A DNA stretch of 64,000 bases from Neoechinorhynchus agilis (taxonomy: Eukaryota > Animalia > Acanthocephala): positions 8,006,691-8,070,690 of the forward strand of contig CM121342.1 in assembly GCA_051530055.1 (NCBI GenBank), written 5' to 3'. Positions 60,801-64,000 of the stretch are shown here, piece by piece; the first letter of the stretch is position 1, and every line of letters begins with the position of its first letter. The translations under genes and the position numbers were made by a program. A model generated the notes under the pieces. It worked only from the letters and a program-made list of their open reading frames with translations, had not been told where the DNA came from and ran no database searches.

Positions 60801-63800
60801 TTATATTAATCTGCAACTTCGAAACCGTTTACACGCGTTGATTCGCGTTTATGTTGCGCGAGTATCGATCAACGCGTAGTTGTCTTTGCATCGTGCGTAG
60901 TCGTTACATATACAAGTTTTCGTCCTCGTGGACCAACGCGAAGATCTTTATTATGTATCGGCGTTATCGGCTTTATATTAATCTGCAACTTCGAAACTGT
61001 TTACACGCGTTCATTCGTGTTTATTTTGCGCGAGTATCGATCAACGCGCAGTAGTCTTTGCATCGTGCGTAGTCGTTAAATATATACAAGTTTTCGTCCT
61101 CGTGGACCAACGCGAAGATCTTTATTATATACCGCCGTTATCGGCTTTATATTAATCTTACTTCGAAACCGTTTACACGCGTTCATTCGCGTTTATGTTG
61201 CGCGAGTATCGATCAACGCGCAGTTGTCTTTGCATCGTGCATAGTCGTTACATATACAAGTTTTCGTCCTCGTGGACCAACGCGAAGATCTTTATTATAT
61301 ATCGCAGTTCGCGGCTTTATATTAATCTGCAACTTCGAAACCGTTTACACGCGTTCATTCGCGTTTTTGTTGCGCGTGTATCGATAAACGCGCAGTAGTC
61401 TTTGTATCGTGCGTAGTCGTTACATGTACAAGTTTTCGTCCTCGTGGACCAACGCGAAGATCTTTATTATATATCGCCGTTCGCGGCTTTAGATTAATCT
61501 GCAACTTCGAAACCGTTTACACGCGTTCATTCGCGTTTATGTTGCGCGAGTATCGATCAACGCGCAGTAGTCTTGCATCGTGCGTAGTCGTTACATATAC
61601 AAGTTTTCGTCCTCGTGGACCAACGCGAAGATCTTTATTATATATCGCCGTTCGCGGCTTTATATTAATCTGCAACTTCGAAACCGTTTACACGCGTTCA
61701 TTCGCGTTTATGTTGCGCGAGTATCGATCAACGCGCAGTTGTCTTTGCATCGTGCGTAGTCGTTACATATACAAGTTTTCGTCCTCGTGGACCAACGCGA
61801 AGATCTTTATTATATATCGCAGTTCGCGGCTTATATTAATCTGCAACTTCGAAACCGTTTACACGCGTTCATTCGCGTTTATGTTGCGCGAGTATCGATC
61901 AACGCGCAGTTGTCTTTGCATCATGCGTAGTCGTTACATATACAAGTTTTCGTCCTCGTGGACCAACGCGAAGATCTTTATTATACATCGGCGTTCGCGG
62001 CTTTATATTAATCTGCAACTTCGAAACCGTTTACACGCGTTCATTCGCGTTTATGTTGAGCGAGTATCGATCAACGCGCAGTTGTCTTTGCATCGTGCGC
62101 AGTCGTTACATATACAAGTTTTCGCCATCGTGCGTCAACGCGAGAATCTTTATTATACATCGGCGGGCGCGGTTTTATATTAATCTGCAACTTCGAAGCG
62201 GTTTACACGCGTTCATTCGCGTTTATGTTGCGCGAGTATCGATCAACGGGCCGTTGTCTTTGCATCGTGCATAGTCGTTACATATGCAAGTTTTTATCCT
62301 CGTGGGCCAACGCGAGGATCTTTATTATATATCGGCATTATCGGCTTTATATTAATCTGAATTCGAAACGGTTTACACGCGTTCATTCGCGTTTATGTTG
62401 CGCGAGTATCGATCAACGCGCAGTTGTCTTTGCATCGTGCGCAGTCGTTACATATACAAGTTTTCGCCATCGTGCGTCAACGCGAGAATCTTTATTATAC
62501 ATCGGCGGGCGCGGTTTTATATTAATCTGCAACTTCGAAACGGTTTACACGCGTTCATTCGCGTTTATGTTGCGCGAGTATCGATCAACGCGCGGTTGTA
62601 TTTGCATCGTGCGTAATCGTTACATGTAAAAGTTTTCATCCTCGTTAGCCAACGCGAGGATCTTTATTATATATCGGCGTTATCGGCTATATATATATTT
62701 GCAACTTCGAAACGGTTTACACGCGTTCATTCGCGTTTATGTTGCGCGAGTATCGATCAACGCGCAGTTGTCTTTGCATCGTGCGTAGTCGTTACATATA
62801 CAAGTTTTCGTCCTCGAGGGCCAACGCGAGGATCTTTATTATATATCGGCGTTCGCGGCTTTATATTAATCTGCAACTTCGAAACCGTTTACACGCGCTC
62901 ATTCGCGTTTATGTTGCGCGAGTATCGATCAACGCGCAATAGTCTTTGCATCGTGCGTAGTCGTTACATATACAAGTTTTCGTCCTCGTGGACCAACGCG
63001 AAGATCTTTATTATATATCGGCGTTATCGGCTTTATATTAATCTGACTTCGAAACCGTTTACACGCGTTCATTCGCGTTTATGTTGCGCGAGTATCGATC
63101 AACGCGCAGTAGTCTTTGCATCGTGCGTAGTCGTTACATATATAAGTTTTCGTCCTCGTGGACCAACGCGAAGATCTTTATTATATATCGCCGTTCGAGG
63201 CTTTATATTAATCTGCAACTTTGAAACTGTTTACACGCGTTCATTCGCGTTTATGTTGCGCGAGTATGGATCAACGCGCAGTAGTCTTTGCATCGTGCGT
63301 AGTCGTTACATATACAAGTTTTCGTCCTCGTGGACCAACGCGAAGATCTTTATTGTATATCGGCGTTCGCGGCTTGATGTTAATCTGCAACTGCGAAACC
63401 GTTTACATGCGTTCATTTGCGTTATCTTGCGCGAGGTTCGATCAACGCGCAGTAGTCTTTGCATCGTGCGTAGTCGTAACATATACAAGTTTTCGTCCTC
63501 GTGGACCAACGCGAAGATCTTTATTATATATCGCCGTTCGCGGCTTGATATTAATCTGCAACTTCGAAACCGTTTACACGCGTTCATTCGCGTTTATGTT
63601 GCGCGAGTATCGATCAACGCACAGTAGTCTTTGCATCGTGCGTAGTCGTAACATATACAAGTTTTCTCCTCGTGGACCAACGCGAAGATCTTTATTATAT
63701 ATCGCAGTTCGCGGCTTTCTGTATAATCTGCAACTTCGAAACCGTTTACACGCGTTCATTCGCGTTTATGTTGCGCAGTATCGATCAGCGCGCAGTAGTC

Positions 63801-64000
63801 TTTGCATCGTGCGTAGTCGTTACATATACAAGTTTTCGTCCTCGTGGACCAACGCGAAGATCTTTATTGTATATCGGCGTTCGCGGCTTGATGTTAATCT
63901 GCAACTGCGAAACCGTTTACATGCGTTCATTTGCGTTATCTTGCGCGAGGTTCGATCAACGCGCAGTAGTCTTTGCATCGTGCGTAGTCGTTACATATAC
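51865..64000. repeat. 172-bp tandem satellite, about 70 monomers, running off the window end
   Basis: Period 172 (e.g. 51995, 52167). Consensus CGTAGTCGTTACATATACAAGTTTTCGTCCTCGTGGACCAACGCGAAGATC...GCATCGTG. Confidence 0.99.

Noticed and set aside
51811-63759. Dozens of ORFs up to 398 aa in the satellite
   Set aside because: They are translations of the 172-bp monomer cycling through frames; no protein signal.

Overview
Eukaryotic, probably metazoan, compact AT-rich genomic DNA with very short spliceosomal introns (about 30-60 nt). The species cannot be assigned from the sequence. The first ~51 kb is gene-dense. Recognisable but strongly diverged genes are CDC14, COA7, EXOSC9/RRP45, MED6, ERp44, an ABCC4-like transporter, an intronless CK1-family kinase, an ARHGEF17-like RhoGEF and a FERM-domain gene, plus an orphan 325-aa ORF; all but the ABCC gene are on the minus strand. 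Decayed retroelements are interspersed: a Mag-like Ty3/gypsy element nested in a CRE-clade non-LTR relic, a second CRE relic, two L2/CR1-like fragments and an RTE fragment. The last ~12 kb is a CpG-rich 172-bp satellite with an inversion at its border. The most interesting signals are small non-coding elements: (1) foldback repeats carrying Penelope-type minimal hammerhead ribozyme motifs (two families); (2) a 384-bp tandem repeat at two loci with a diverged inverted copy showing compensatory base changes around a GAAACTCACTGATGA motif; (3) a TA-duplicating, TIR-bounded insertion in a conserved CDC14 motif that has no GT-AG at its ends but carries an internal in-frame GT-AG intron. All identifications are by eye; no database searches or folding programs were run.
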